NCBI RefSeq assembly: GCF_013041805.1
Contig: NZ_JABDRI010000094.1
Location: forward strand, 1-64,000
Reading direction: 5' to 3'
Source of the DNA: Lutibacter sp.
GTDB lineage: Bacteria; Bacteroidota; Bacteroidia; Flavobacteriales; Flavobacteriaceae
DNA length: 64,000 bases
Shown here piece by piece: positions 1 to 9,646 of the stretch; the first letter of the stretch is position 1; each line of letters opens with the position of its first letter. The position numbers and the translations under genes are program-made. The notes beneath the pieces were generated by a model. The model saw only the letters and a program-made list of their open reading frames with translations. It made no database searches and had not been told where the DNA came from.

Positions 1-3000
1 GTTGCAGGAAGTTGTTGCCCATTAAATATGCCATTCCAGCCATTTCCTTCAGGGTTAATTTGAGTAATTAATTTTCCAAACCTATCAAAAATATAGATAT
101 TAGAATTTGGGTAAAAAATTTCATTAACACCAAGAACTTTCCAAGTATCATTAAAACCGTCGTTATTAGGAGTAAAGAATTTAGGAAATCCAATAACGGA
201 GATATCAATTGTTTGAATACCACACTTATTTTTATCACGAATAGAGAGTGTATATATACCTGGGATTAGATTTTCAAAAAAAGGTTCATCTTGAAAGAAG
301 GAATTGAATCCATCAGCTTTTTTGAGAGAAAATTCATAATCACCAATCCCTAAATTGGTGGTATCAATTGCAATAGAATTATTTTCAGAATCATCAACAA
401 CGGTAATATCGTTTTGAGTAATAGTTGCAATACTAGATGCTTCAATAGCAATAGTTTGCGGAAAAGAAGTACATCCATCAGCAGAAGTTGCTATAACCGA
501 ATAGTTTCCTGCACTTGAAATTACAGCGTTAAATTGATTGCTAATGGAGTTATTATTCTCATCGGTCCATAGGTAGGTGTAGGCATCTAAGGCATCAAAT
601 GTTTGAACGGTAATAGGTGGTAAGTTTAAACAATAGATGGCACTTTGATCTAAGAAGAACTGCGGTTTAGGATTGACAATAATTTCAAAGGTATTTTCAG
701 CAACACAAGTTGTATTTAATTCATTTTCAACAAGTACACGAATGGTTTGCGATTCAGAAAAGAACGGGTTTGGAAGTGGACTAGGTAAAGTGTTTCCGTT
801 TTCATCAAAGTAGGAAACAATCATTCCAGTTTGTCCGTTTAAAACAGCATCTTGAATAGTTGAGGTATCAAAATCAATAAATCCATCAAAATCGTCATCG
901 CATAGAATTAAATCAGGAACTAGATTAGCTACCGGTTTTTTATCTACAATAAATTCTAGTGTAGTTTCATCAAAACAAGCTCCTGAAGGAACATTTGTGT
1001 TGTTATTAGTAACTCTAATAGTAATGGTTTGGCTATTGATAGAAAAAGGATTAGGAAGCGGACTTGGTAAAGGGTTTCCATTTTCATCAAAGTAAGATAC
1101 AGTAACATTGGTTTGTCCATTTAACAGATCACTTTCAATGGTAGTTATATCGAAAGGGAAAAAACCATCAAAATCATCATCACATTGTCTATTGATACTT
1201 ACGGGGTTTGCAATTGGAAGCGCTTCAACACGTAAGGTAATTACGTGACTCAGTCCTAGACAAGCATTTACATCATCGCTATCAATTCGGGCATAAATTT
1301 TCTGTTCCCAAGGATCAGAATTTTTATAATTCGACACATCAGCAATTGCATTGGTTTCAGCTAAAGCATCATCTAAATTTTCAAAAAAGGAAATGCGAAC
1401 AAGTTGCGAAGAAAACACAGGTTTACTATCAATTAATTGCTGTTGCGCATTGCTAAAGTCAAAGAAAGTTCTACCATCCTGATTATTTGAAGGCGTATCT
1501 TCACAGGCATAATAATCTAAATGAAAACTAGCAGGAATTTGAGTGGCTCCCACTTTTAAAAGTATTTTAGCAAAGCGTTCACAACCATTTATAGTTGAAA
1601 TTTTCACAAAAACCTCACTATTCACCACTGTAGGATTAGGATAAGCAAAAGGATCTGCAATTAATTGAGTATAAGCAGCATCAGCATAAAATTCAAAAGT
1701 TTCGTGTTGATAATTTGCAGAAATTAGTTCGTTGGCTTCATTTAAATTAAAAAAGCTAAACCCGTCATTCGCTAAATTATCGTCACATTGTTCAAGAAGA
1801 ACTTCAGTATTTAATAGAATAGGTAAAGGGTTAACTTTTAATTCAAACGAAATATCTGTAAAGCAATTAGTATCAAGGTTATTAGCCATTCTTACATAAA
1901 TTGGTTGACCGCCTGAAATTGTATTTGTAAATGTTGATGGATTGTCAATTTTATTCACATATCCTGAGTCGGTAAAATAAGTTGTTGTAAAATTTGAATT
2001 CGATTTCCCATTTAATAGAATTGAAATAGTTGAAGTTAAATCAACTTCAGCAAAACCATTGGTATCATCTCCATCATCAGCATCATCGCAGATATTCATT
2101 GGTGGAATTTCAGAAGTAAGAAGTGGTATAACCGTTTCAAAAACGGTAATAGTTATTGCCAATCTATTAGCACTTTCACAACCATTTAGAGTTTGGGAGG
2201 CGTAATAAATTGTATTATTTGTTAGTTTATTGTTGGTATCTAAAGGGATTCCACCAGAAGGAGCATTGTACCATAAAATGGAAGTTCCTGAAATTGAGAT
2301 GTCATTTAAAGTTTTATTTTCAATATCACAAAAAGTTTGATTTTGATTTGTTGTAGTGGGTGTATTTGTTTGAAATACAGTAGCAGTAACAGAAGTTCTA
2401 TGAGTTGTACTACAGCCATTTTCAGTAGCATCAACATAATAAGTTGTAGTTGTTGTTACTATTGGACTAAAACTACTCCCTGAACTAATTGGTATTCCTC
2501 CTGTTGAATTTGAATACCAATTGATAGTACCTGAAGAGGCATTTGCGGTTAAGTTTGCTGTTCCACCATTACAAATTTCAGTTGGAGATACTGTTGTTAT
2601 CGTGGGAATATTATTGATAGTTGCAACTACAGGAACTCTTTCTCCAAAATCACAAAATCCATCGGATGAAGCTAGCGCATAATAGGTTTTACTTGCTGAT
2701 ATTGCCGGAGTACTAAAAGATGTGCCAGAACCTAATTGACTTCCACCAACTAATGAATCAAACCACAAAACCGTTCCTCCTAATGTAGCTGTAGCCGATA
2801 GTGTCACTGAGCCTGGACCACAATTTGAACCATTTTGAGGATTTATTATTTCAGTTTCTGAAACTGAAATTTGGCTACTTGCAGAAATATTTAATGTTGG
2901 ATCTCCAGCCATACCACCATACTCAACAATATATCCTTTCGGTTGATAATCTCCAAATGATCCTCCTACGTTACTTAAATCATTCCAGGAACCAGTAATC

Positions 3001-3791
3001 CCTACTCCAGGTGCCGTTATATGCGCATAATCTTCATTTCCCAAATTATTTGGTTCGTTATTATTCCAAAAAGAAAACACGCCAGCAGGACTAGAACCAT
3101 TTATTGAACCATTCCAAAAAGTCATTCCGTTCTCAGGACCTGTTACCCATTTCCAAACTCCTTCAGTTGTAGCATCACTACCTCCAATCCATCCAGCTCC
3201 TGCCGCTTGTTCACCTGAAAGCTGAGCTTCTTCAATTGATGTAATAGTGGCTAAATAACCTTGTAAACCGTAATAATCTTTTCCTTCAGCTGCACTTTTT
3301 GCAGCTGTCCAAGTAATTCCAATATCTTCAACATATTCATAATAATGGTCGGTTGATGGAAGATAATTTGCCTCATCCACTGTAAAAGAAAAATATTTTT
3401 CTCCAGAAATTGAGACCGAATTGCTATAAAAAGTAACATCTTTTACTGCATCAATCAAATCTAAATAGGTAGTTGTTGATGTAGTTAAAGAGCTTAAGGC
3501 TAATTTACCTTCGGAAGCACTCCACGTTGTTGTAACATTTGGATGCGAGCCTATTAAGGCTAAAATATCTTCACCCTGTTTATAATTTTCTGAAATTTGA
3601 ATAAAAACGGCTTCAATTTGTTCACTTCCAGGTATTATATTAAAATCAGTAACGATATTAATTTCTGAAAGAGGGCAATAGTTTTGATTTCCAATGGCTG
3701 CAATAGTTGGAGGAGTTTGAGACCAACTATAATTTGAAAGTAGTAAAATAACTAAGCTTGCATAAAACAATTTGTAATTAATCGAACTCAT
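1..3791 (-). CDS. Large secreted adhesin-like protein, 3' end outside the window. It has an N-terminal signal peptide, a C-type-lectin-like domain, tandem ~94-aa repeat modules, and a T9SS type-B C-terminal sorting domain at the window edge.
   Basis: This ORF is not in the supplied track because its stop codon lies before position 1. I hand-translated the minus strand in the frame set by the ATG at 3791..3789. The N-terminus reads MSSINYKLFYASLVILLLSNYSWSQ, a signal peptide. Residues from positions ~200..1 read FFTPNNDGFNDTWKVLGVNEIFYPNSNIYIFDRFGKLITQINPEGNGWNGIF, matching the FTPNGDGxNDxW signature of the T9SS type-B (gliding-motility CTD) sorting domain. The frame is open across the whole region. 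Confidence 0.7.
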   Translation of the reverse strand, partial: MSSINYKLFYASLVILLLSNYSWSQTPPTIAAIGNQNYCPLSEINIVTDFNIIPGSEQIEAVFIQISENYKQGEDILALIGSHPNVTTTWSASEGKLALSSLTTSTTTYLDLIDAVKDVTFYSNSVSISGEKYFSFTVDEANYLPSTDHYYEYVEDIGITWTAAKSAAEGKDYYGLQGYLATITSIEEAQLSGEQAAGAGWIGGSDATTEGVWKWVTGPENGMTFWNGSINGSSPAGVFSFWNNNEPNNLGNEDYAHITAPGVGITGSWNDLSNVGGSFGDYQPKGYIVEYGGMAGDPTLNISASSQISVSETEIINPQNGSNCGPGSVTLSATATLGGTVLWFDSLVGGSQLGSGTSFSTPAISASKTYYALASSDGFCDFGERVPVVATINNIPTITTVSPTEICNGGTANLTANASSGTINWYSNSTGGIPISSGSSFSPIVTTTTTYYVDATENGCSTTHRTSVTATVFQTNTPTTTNQNQTFCDIENKTLNDISISGTSILWYNAPSGGIPLDTNNKLTNNTIYYASQTLNGCESANRLAITITVFETVIPLLTSEIPPMNICDDADDGDDTNGFAEVDLTSTISILLNGKSNSNFTTTYFTDSGYVNKIDNPSTFTNTISGGQPIYVRMANNLDTNCFTDISFELKVNPLPILLNTEVLLEQCDDNLANDGFSFFNLNEANELISANYQHETFEFYADAAYTQLIADPFAYPNPTVVNSEVFVKISTINGCERFAKILLKVGATQIPASFHLDYYACEDTPSNNQDGRTFFDFSNAQQQLIDSKPVFSSQLVRISFFENLDDALAETNAIADVSNYKNSDPWEQKIYARIDSDDVNACLGLSHVITLRVEALPIANPVSINRQCDDDFDGFFPFDITTIESDLLNGQTNVTVSYFDENGNPLPSPLPNPFSINSQTITIRVTNNNTNVPSGACFDETTLEFIVDKKPVANLVPDLILCDDDFDGFIDFDTSTIQDAVLNGQTGMIVSYFDENGNTLPSPLPNPFFSESQTIRVLVENELNTTCVAENTFEIIVNPKPQFFLDQSAIYCLNLPPITVQTFDALDAYTYLWTDENNNSISNQFNAVISSAGNYSVIATSADGCTSFPQTIAIEASSIATITQNDITVVDDSENNSIAIDTTNLGIGDYEFSLKKADGFNSFFQDEPFFENLIPGIYTLSIRDKNKCGIQTIDISVIGFPKFFTPNNDGFNDTWKVLGVNEIFYPNSNIYIFDRFGKLITQINPEGNGWNGIFNGQQLPA
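740..1180. repeat. Intragenic tandem direct repeat with period about 281 bp (about 94 aa); at least two copies inside the adhesin gene.
   Basis: The segment beginning near 766 (gggtttggaagtggactaggtaaagtgtttccgttttcatcaaagtaggaaac) and the segment beginning near 1047 (ggattaggaagcggacttggtaaagggtttccattttcatcaaagtaagatac) are about 80% identical at the DNA level and sit in the same reading frame. Confidence 0.6.
2950..3350 (-). other. C-type-lectin-like domain (CTLD) inside the adhesin. It lacks cysteines and carries EPN and WND motifs.
   Basis: Hand translation gives ...WTAAKSAAEGKDYYGLQGYLATITSIEEAQLSGEQAAGAGWIGGSDATTEGVWKWVTGPENGMTFWNGSINGSSPAGVFSFWNNNEPNNLGNEDYAHITAPGVGITGSWNDLSNVGG. This lines up with the canonical CTLD pattern: WIGLTD as WIGGSD, EGxWxWxDG as EGVWKWVTG, GEPNN as NEPNN, EDC as EDY, and WND as WND. 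Confidence 0.55.
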
Positions 3792-3904
3792 TTTAAGTCT
3801 TAGTCTAATTTTAAAATTGAAGGCAAATATACAAAACTTAGTTTTTGATATTTTATGTAAAATTTGTTGAGTATTAAATATTTTGATTGGCTTTAACTTA
3901 TGTT

Positions 3905-4804
3905 TTAATCCGGAGTAATTTTCACCTTAATTTCTGGTGCTTCAACTAAATGGAATGTTGCAGAAGCAAACTTAATTTCACCATTTGTTTTTTCAACTTC
4001 TGTTAAAATTTGAGTAAACAATTCAGATTTTATAAACCGTCTTTTTCTAAAATTCACAACATATCTTAATGTAAATTCAACCCAATTATCAGTTGCAATT
4101 ATAGATATCATTGGTTCGCTTTGTGCATTTTCAAGCATAAATTTTTTTTGTAATAAATTCCATTGCTGTTGAGATTTGTCGGTTAGGTCTCCAACGGTTT
4201 TTTTTGCAATCTCTACAAATAATACTTTTGCTTTTGCGTAATTACTACCATATTGTATTGGTATTTTAATTTCATCCCATAAAAAAGGGAAATCACCTGA
4301 ATAATTAAAAACGGGTTCTTTAAAAACAAAACTATTCGCAATTAAAACAATTCTACCATTGTATAAATCTCCATCTACCCATTGTCCAACTTCCATTATT
4401 GTAGTTCGTAATATACCAATATCCATGACGTCACCTTTTATACCTCCTAATTGTACTCTATCCCCTGTTTTGTAAAATCCGCCAAATAAGATAGCCAGCC
4501 AGCCAGCAAACGAAGCAATTATTTCTTGTAAAGCAAAAGCGATACCAGCTCCGGCTACACCTAGTGCAATTGTTAGCCCACCTAATTTATCACTATATAC
4601 AATTGTTATAATTAGTATAGAGAAAAGATATCCTGCAAATGATGAAATTTTTTTTGTTTTATATCTTTGGTTGCTGTCTTTAAGTTTTGAAATGAAATTA
4701 CGTTGAACGGCTTTTATTACAATCCAAATAATTAAAATACCAAATAAAATGATTGCAATTTTCCCAATTGTTGGATCAGATAATATTTTTTTTAATTGTT
4801 CCAT
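3905..4804 (-). CDS. Small-conductance mechanosensitive channel, MscS family
   Basis: N-terminal TM helices followed by the MscS beta-domain motif GDRVQLGGIKGDVMDIGILRTTIMEVGQW. Confidence 0.8.
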   Translation of the reverse strand: MEQLKKILSDPTIGKIAIILFGILIIWIVIKAVQRNFISKLKDSNQRYKTKKISSFAGYLFSILIITIVYSDKLGGLTIALGVAGAGIAFALQEIIASFAGWLAILFGGFYKTGDRVQLGGIKGDVMDIGILRTTIMEVGQWVDGDLYNGRIVLIANSFVFKEPVFNYSGDFPFLWDEIKIPIQYGSNYAKAKVLFVEIAKKTVGDLTDKSQQQWNLLQKKFMLENAQSEPMISIIATDNWVEFTLRYVVNFRKRRFIKSELFTQILTEVEKTNGEIKFASATFHLVEAPEIKVKITPD

Positions 4805-4896
4805 AATTTCATGTTAAAATGAAAGGAATATTGTATACTAAATATACGAAATATATTTAACTGATATAAAGAATATTAAATTAAAGCTAAGGAAAT

Positions 4897-5187
4897 TTAA
4901 TAATAATTAAAAGCCAAAAAAACTATGGTAACACCGACAGCAAATAAGATCAAAACAATTAGTTGTTTTTTGCGCTCTTTAATGGCTTCTTCTTTAATTT
5001 TATTTTTAAGAAGTTTTAATTCAGAGTTTGACACTTTTGGAAAATCATATTCAGGTTTTGATAATTTTTTCTTAGAAAAGTTTGTCTCTCTATTATTTCC
5101 TTTAAATTTATTTCTGCGAGAAACTTTTAAGGCTGCATTTTGCCTTATCCTGTTCATCATGTCCGTCATATGACCTCCAGCACTCAT
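4897..5187 (-). CDS. Hypothetical small lysine-rich protein with a C-terminal membrane anchor. The start codon is uncertain; an internal Met at MTDMMNR is possible.
   Basis: This ORF sits between mscS and the flotillin gene on the same strand. It has a single C-terminal hydrophobic helix, LIVLILFAVGVTIVFLAF. Confidence 0.3.
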   Translation of the reverse strand: MSAGGHMTDMMNRIRQNAALKVSRRNKFKGNNRETNFSKKKLSKPEYDFPKVSNSELKLLKNKIKEEAIKERKKQLIVLILFAVGVTIVFLAFNYY

Positions 5188-5261
5188 TTTTAAACAAGGT
5201 TTTAAATGAACTAACCCTAGTTAAAGGGGTAGTTTACACAATAAATTAAAGTAGTATTTTT

Positions 5262-6692
5262 TTATTCTTCTTTATCTTCAGTTAATTCCGAATGATCTTC
5301 CTTTTTAGGTTCAATAATGTCTTCACCTTTTAAATAATTAGGTAATTGCATACCTGCCATATTAAACATTTCTTGTAATGGAGGTACCGCTTTGTACATT
5401 CCAGAAATAAAGTTTGAGGTAGACGTTTTCCCATCTTTTCCGCCACCATTTTCCCAAACGGTAACTTTATCAATTTTAATATTTTTAATAGCTTCAGCTT
5501 GCGTTTTTACCAATTCAGGTAGCTTATCAGCAATTAATAGCAATGCTGCATTTTGAGCGTCGTCTCCAGAAGCTTTTACAATTGCATCTAAACCTTGCGC
5601 TTGTTTTGTTAATACTTCAAAAATACCTTTTGCTTCGGCTTCTTTTTTCATAAAAATTGCATCAGCTTCACCTTTTGCAATTCTCCTTATTTGTTCTGCT
5701 TCTGCTTCAGCATCAATTTCAATCTTACGCTTATCAATTTGGGCAGGAACAATTATATCAGCTCCTTGTTCAGCTTCTTTACGTTTTGCTCTAGCATCTT
5801 CTGCTATTTTTTCGGCGGCGTAAGCTTCTTCTAAAGCTTTTGCAGCTTGAACTTTTTCAGAGGCAATGGCAATTCTTTCCGCCTCAGCTTCTCGCGACCT
5901 TCTATCAGCATTTGAATTAGCAATTTGAACTTTAGCAGTGTTTTCTCCTTCAACAGCATTTGCATCTGCCGCAGCTACTTGAATACGTTGATCTTGTACT
6001 GCGTTTGCCGCACCAATAGATCCATCTCTATCTTTTTGAGCTACAGAAACTTTTGCTTCATTAATGGCTTTTGCAGCTGCCTCTTTACCTAAAGCCTGAA
6101 TATAACCTGATTCATCATGAATATCGGTGATATTTACGTTGATTAATTTTAAACCTACTTTTTTTAATTCGGCTTCCACACTATGTGTAATATGTGATAA
6201 AAATTGGTCTCTGTCGGAATTAATTTCTTCAATATCCATAGAAGCAACAACTAAACGTAATTGCCCAAAAATAATTTCTTGTGCTAATTCCTGAACCGCA
6301 TCTAAATTTAAACCTAACAAACGTTCAGCGGCATTTTGCATAACACTTGGCTCGGTTGAAATACCAATGGTAAATCTTGAAGGAACATTTACACGTATAT
6401 TTTGTTTACTTAAGGCATTTGTTAAATTGACCTCAATGGACATTGGTGTTAAATCTAGAAACTCATAATCTTGAATAATAGGCCAAATAAATGATGCCCC
6501 ACCATGAATACATTTTGCAGATTTTCCACCACCGGTTTTTCCATAAACAACTAAAATTCTATCAGAAGGACAACGCTTGTATCTTCTAATCATAGAAAAG
6601 AAGAATACAACAACAATAAAAATAACAGCTCCAATTAAATATACAGTGGTTGCTGCAGACTGCAGTGGTAATAATAATGACAATAAATTCAT
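5262..6692 (-). CDS. Flotillin / SPFH (band-7) domain protein, YqiK-like
   Basis: N-terminal TM segment, an SPFH domain, and a long Ala/Glu-rich coiled coil (EAEAERIAIASEKVQAAKALEEAYAAEKIAEDARAKRKEAE). Confidence 0.8.
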   Translation of the reverse strand: MNLLSLLLPLQSAATTVYLIGAVIFIVVVFFFSMIRRYKRCPSDRILVVYGKTGGGKSAKCIHGGASFIWPIIQDYEFLDLTPMSIEVNLTNALSKQNIRVNVPSRFTIGISTEPSVMQNAAERLLGLNLDAVQELAQEIIFGQLRLVVASMDIEEINSDRDQFLSHITHSVEAELKKVGLKLINVNITDIHDESGYIQALGKEAAAKAINEAKVSVAQKDRDGSIGAANAVQDQRIQVAAADANAVEGENTAKVQIANSNADRRSREAEAERIAIASEKVQAAKALEEAYAAEKIAEDARAKRKEAEQGADIIVPAQIDKRKIEIDAEAEAEQIRRIAKGEADAIFMKKEAEAKGIFEVLTKQAQGLDAIVKASGDDAQNAALLLIADKLPELVKTQAEAIKNIKIDKVTVWENGGGKDGKTSTSNFISGMYKAVPPLQEMFNMAGMQLPNYLKGEDIIEPKKEDHSELTEDKEE

Positions 6693-6699
6693 AGTTTTT

Positions 6700-7278
6700 T
6701 TATTTAGTTAATTTTTTTACAAGTAATATTTCAGCACTTACAATTTCTATCACTTGCACCATGCTGCCAGTTTCTAAATCTTCAGTTTCATCGGTTATAG
6801 CTTCTAATTCACGTAAGCTACCTTGCACTTTAATTTGTACTTTCCCCATTTTTGAACGGTTTGCACCAATTGGTAAATAAACTTCACCAATAACGCCAAC
6901 TGCATTTTTTATTTTTAAAGTTCCAGATTCGGCTAATTTATGCATCCAATAAAATAATGATGATGTTAAAACCATCATTAGTAAACCAGCTAGAGTAGAA
7001 ATTATAATTGTTGTAGAAGTTGATATCCCATTATCAATGCACGCAATTCCACTCCAACCAAAAATAGTAAAAAAGGCTACTATATTTTTAAAGGTAAAAA
7101 ATTGAAATCCAACGCCACCATCATCAGCTTCAAAATCTGAAGCGTCAGCTTCCATATCAGCATCTCCACCACCAATAAATGTTAACAAAAATATTACAAG
7201 AAAAACTGCAGAACCAACCAAGGCTATAATCCAATAGGTTTGTTCGAGGGATGACATTTCGGCAAAAAATTCCTTCAT
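6700..7278 (-). CDS. NfeD-like / YqiJ-like membrane protein, the usual flotillin operon partner
   Basis: Multi-TM N-terminal half and a C-terminal OB-like soluble domain. It lies 7 bp upstream of the flotillin gene on the same strand, the classic yqiJ-yqiK arrangement. Confidence 0.65.
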   Translation of the reverse strand: MKEFFAEMSSLEQTYWIIALVGSAVFLVIFLLTFIGGGDADMEADASDFEADDGGVGFQFFTFKNIVAFFTIFGWSGIACIDNGISTSTTIIISTLAGLLMMVLTSSLFYWMHKLAESGTLKIKNAVGVIGEVYLPIGANRSKMGKVQIKVQGSLRELEAITDETEDLETGSMVQVIEIVSAEILLVKKLTK

Positions 7279-7466
7279 AGGTTTTCAATTTTAGTTAATA
7301 TCGAATATACTATTATTCATTCAATTTAGGAAAAAAATAAGCGTTATTTTGAGCGATACTCTTAAAAGCGAGTTGATTTATATTTTATGAGTAGTTAAAT
7401 TGTGTAAAATGTTACGATGTTGCATAATATTTCGTTTAAATTTGCATTTTTAAATCAATAAAAATT

Positions 7467-7886
7467 ATGACAAATAAAATTGAAGTTAGTTGGAAAGGTG
7501 AAATGCTTTTTGAATCTGTGGCTCCTGAAGGAACCGTGATGATTGATGCTGATGAAGCAGTTGGCGGACAAGGAAAAGGATTACGTCCAAAGGCAATGAT
7601 GTTAACATCATTAGGAGGTTGTACCGCTATGGATGTTGCTTCATTATTAAAAAAAATGAGAGCTGAAGTTGATGATTTTAAAGTTGAAATTGAAGCTAAT
7701 TTAACAGATGAACACCCAAAATATTATGATAAAGTACACGTGATTTATCGTTTTTTTGGAAGCGATTTTAAAAAGGATAAAATTGAAAAATCGGTAAATC
7801 TTTCTGTTGAACGTTATTGTGGTGTTTTTGAAATGTTTCGCCAGTTTTCTAATATTTCTCATGAAATAGTTTACATGGAGCAATAA
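7467..7886 (+). CDS. OsmC/Ohr family peroxiredoxin-like protein
   Basis: OsmC-like core motif LTSLGGCTAMDVASLLKKMR with the conserved Cys; length 139 aa. Confidence 0.75.
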   Translation: MTNKIEVSWKGEMLFESVAPEGTVMIDADEAVGGQGKGLRPKAMMLTSLGGCTAMDVASLLKKMRAEVDDFKVEIEANLTDEHPKYYDKVHVIYRFFGSDFKKDKIEKSVNLSVERYCGVFEMFRQFSNISHEIVYMEQ

Positions 7887-7921
7887 AATAATTTGCTTAC
7901 TTTTGAGGAAAAAGCACTGCT

Positions 7922-9619
7922 ATGCGTTGGAAATTAAAACCAGAAACAAATCCTCAAATAACTATAAAATTAGCCAAGGAGTTAGGAGTTGAAAACACAA
8001 TTGCTAAATTACTAGTGCATCGTGGAATAGAAACTTATGAACAAGCCAAAGCTTTTTTTAGGCCAAATTTAACAGATTTGCACAATCCATATTTAATGAA
8101 AGATATGGATAAAGCGGTTGAACGAATCGAGAAAGGAATTTCTGAAGGTGAAAAGATTCTTGTTTACGGCGATTATGATGTTGATGGTACAACTTCAGTT
8201 TCACTACTTTCCTCATATTTAAAAACTTTTTATCCCAATATTGCGACCTATATTCCTGATAGATATAGTGAAGGGTATGGTATTTCTTTTCAAGGAATTG
8301 ACTTTGCTGAAGACAATGAAATTACATTAATTATAGCCCTAGATTGTGGTATAAAAGCCATTGATAAGGTAGCATATGCCAAAGAAAAGGGCATCGATTT
8401 TATTATTTGTGATCATCATAGACCTAGCGATACAATTCCGAATGCTGTTGCAGTTTTAGACCCAAAACGTTCAGATTGTGAATATCCGTACAAAGAATTG
8501 TGTGGTTGCGGCGTTGGCTTCAAATTGGTGCAAGCACTAGCAAGTAACCAAGAACAAACCATAGATGATTTGGTTCCCTATTTAGATTTGGTAGCTACGG
8601 CAATTGCAGCAGATATTGTTCCCATTACTGGTGAGAACAGAATTTTAGCATACTTTGGATTGCAAGTTATTAATCAAAATCCAAGAACTGGGATTAAAGC
8701 GATGATTGAGCAAGTTAAAAGAGATAAATTCACTATTACTGATGTTGTTTTTATAATTGCTCCTAGAATTAATGCTGCAGGAAGAATTAAACACGGAAAT
8801 TATGCAGTAGAATTACTAACTGAAATGGATTTTGACACTGCAGTAAAATTTGCTTTAGAAATTGAACAAAATAATATAGATAGAAAAACATTAGATAAAA
8901 CAATAACAAATGAAGCACTACAACAAATTATTGAAAATAATGAGGAACAAACATTTTCAACGGTTGTATATGCTGAAAATTGGCATAAAGGTGTTATCGG
9001 TATTGTGGCTTCTAGACTAATTGAAACGTATTATAAACCAACATTAGTTTTTACAAAAAGTGGAGATAAATTGGCCGCATCTGCGCGTTCAGTAAAAGGA
9101 TTTGATGTATACAATGCTTTAGAACAATGTTCTGAATTTATAGAGCAATTTGGTGGGCATAAATATGCTGCAGGCTTAACGTTAAAAGAAGAGAATTATC
9201 AAAATTTTAAATTGAAGTTTGAAGAAGTCGTAAGGAATACTTTACCTGAAGAATTAAGAACTCCAGAAATTTCTGTAGATGCTGAAATTAATTTAGAGGA
9301 AGTTACTCCTAAATTCTATAGAATATTAAAGCAATTAGAACCTTTTGGGCCTCAAAATATGAAGCCTGTATTTGTAGCTAGTGCTTTGCGAGATAACGGT
9401 TACGGTAAAAAGGTTGGAGCAGATGAGTCTCATTTAAAATTGAATATTTTTCAAGGTACCGATCAAAAAACATACAACGCTATTGGTTTTGGTTTAGGCG
9501 CAAAAGAAGAAGTTGTAAAAAAAGGCAACTTGTTTAAAGCTACCTTTTGTTTAGATGAAAATCATTGGAATGGAAATACTTCCATTCAATTATTGTTAAA
9601 AGATATTCAAGAGGAATAA
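7922..9619 (+). CDS. recJ: Single-stranded-DNA-specific exonuclease RecJ
   Basis: DHH motifs VYGDYDVDGTTS and ICDHHRP, a DHHA1 region and a C-terminal OB-like region; about 565 aa. Confidence 0.85.
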   Translation: MRWKLKPETNPQITIKLAKELGVENTIAKLLVHRGIETYEQAKAFFRPNLTDLHNPYLMKDMDKAVERIEKGISEGEKILVYGDYDVDGTTSVSLLSSYLKTFYPNIATYIPDRYSEGYGISFQGIDFAEDNEITLIIALDCGIKAIDKVAYAKEKGIDFIICDHHRPSDTIPNAVAVLDPKRSDCEYPYKELCGCGVGFKLVQALASNQEQTIDDLVPYLDLVATAIAADIVPITGENRILAYFGLQVINQNPRTGIKAMIEQVKRDKFTITDVVFIIAPRINAAGRIKHGNYAVELLTEMDFDTAVKFALEIEQNNIDRKTLDKTITNEALQQIIENNEEQTFSTVVYAENWHKGVIGIVASRLIETYYKPTLVFTKSGDKLAASARSVKGFDVYNALEQCSEFIEQFGGHKYAAGLTLKEENYQNFKLKFEEVVRNTLPEELRTPEISVDAEINLEEVTPKFYRILKQLEPFGPQNMKPVFVASALRDNGYGKKVGADESHLKLNIFQGTDQKTYNAIGFGLGAKEEVVKKGNLFKATFCLDENHWNGNTSIQLLLKDIQEE

Positions 9620-9646
9620 AAATTATTATGGTTACGATTATTTATA

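Noticed and set aside
2801-3439. Listed ORFs 2801..2998 (+) and 3251..3439 (-) inside the first 3.8 kb
   Set aside because: They lie out of frame inside the long, continuous minus-strand adhesin reading frame that I hand-translated. The adhesin is absent from the track only because its stop codon falls before position 1.
4925-5173. 82-aa plus-strand ORF antisense to 4897..5187
   Set aside because: It is a shadow ORF with a low-complexity hydrophobic translation. The minus-strand partner fits the local same-strand gene order.
7400-7444. Bacteroidota-type promoter (-33 TTG / -7 TAnnTTTG) upstream of osmC: TTG at 7420..7422 and TAAATTTG at 7437..7444
   Set aside because: The -7-like box is well placed for a start codon at 7467, but the spacer to the only nearby TTG is about 14 nt, shorter than the 17-23 nt I expect. 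I therefore did not call it as a feature.
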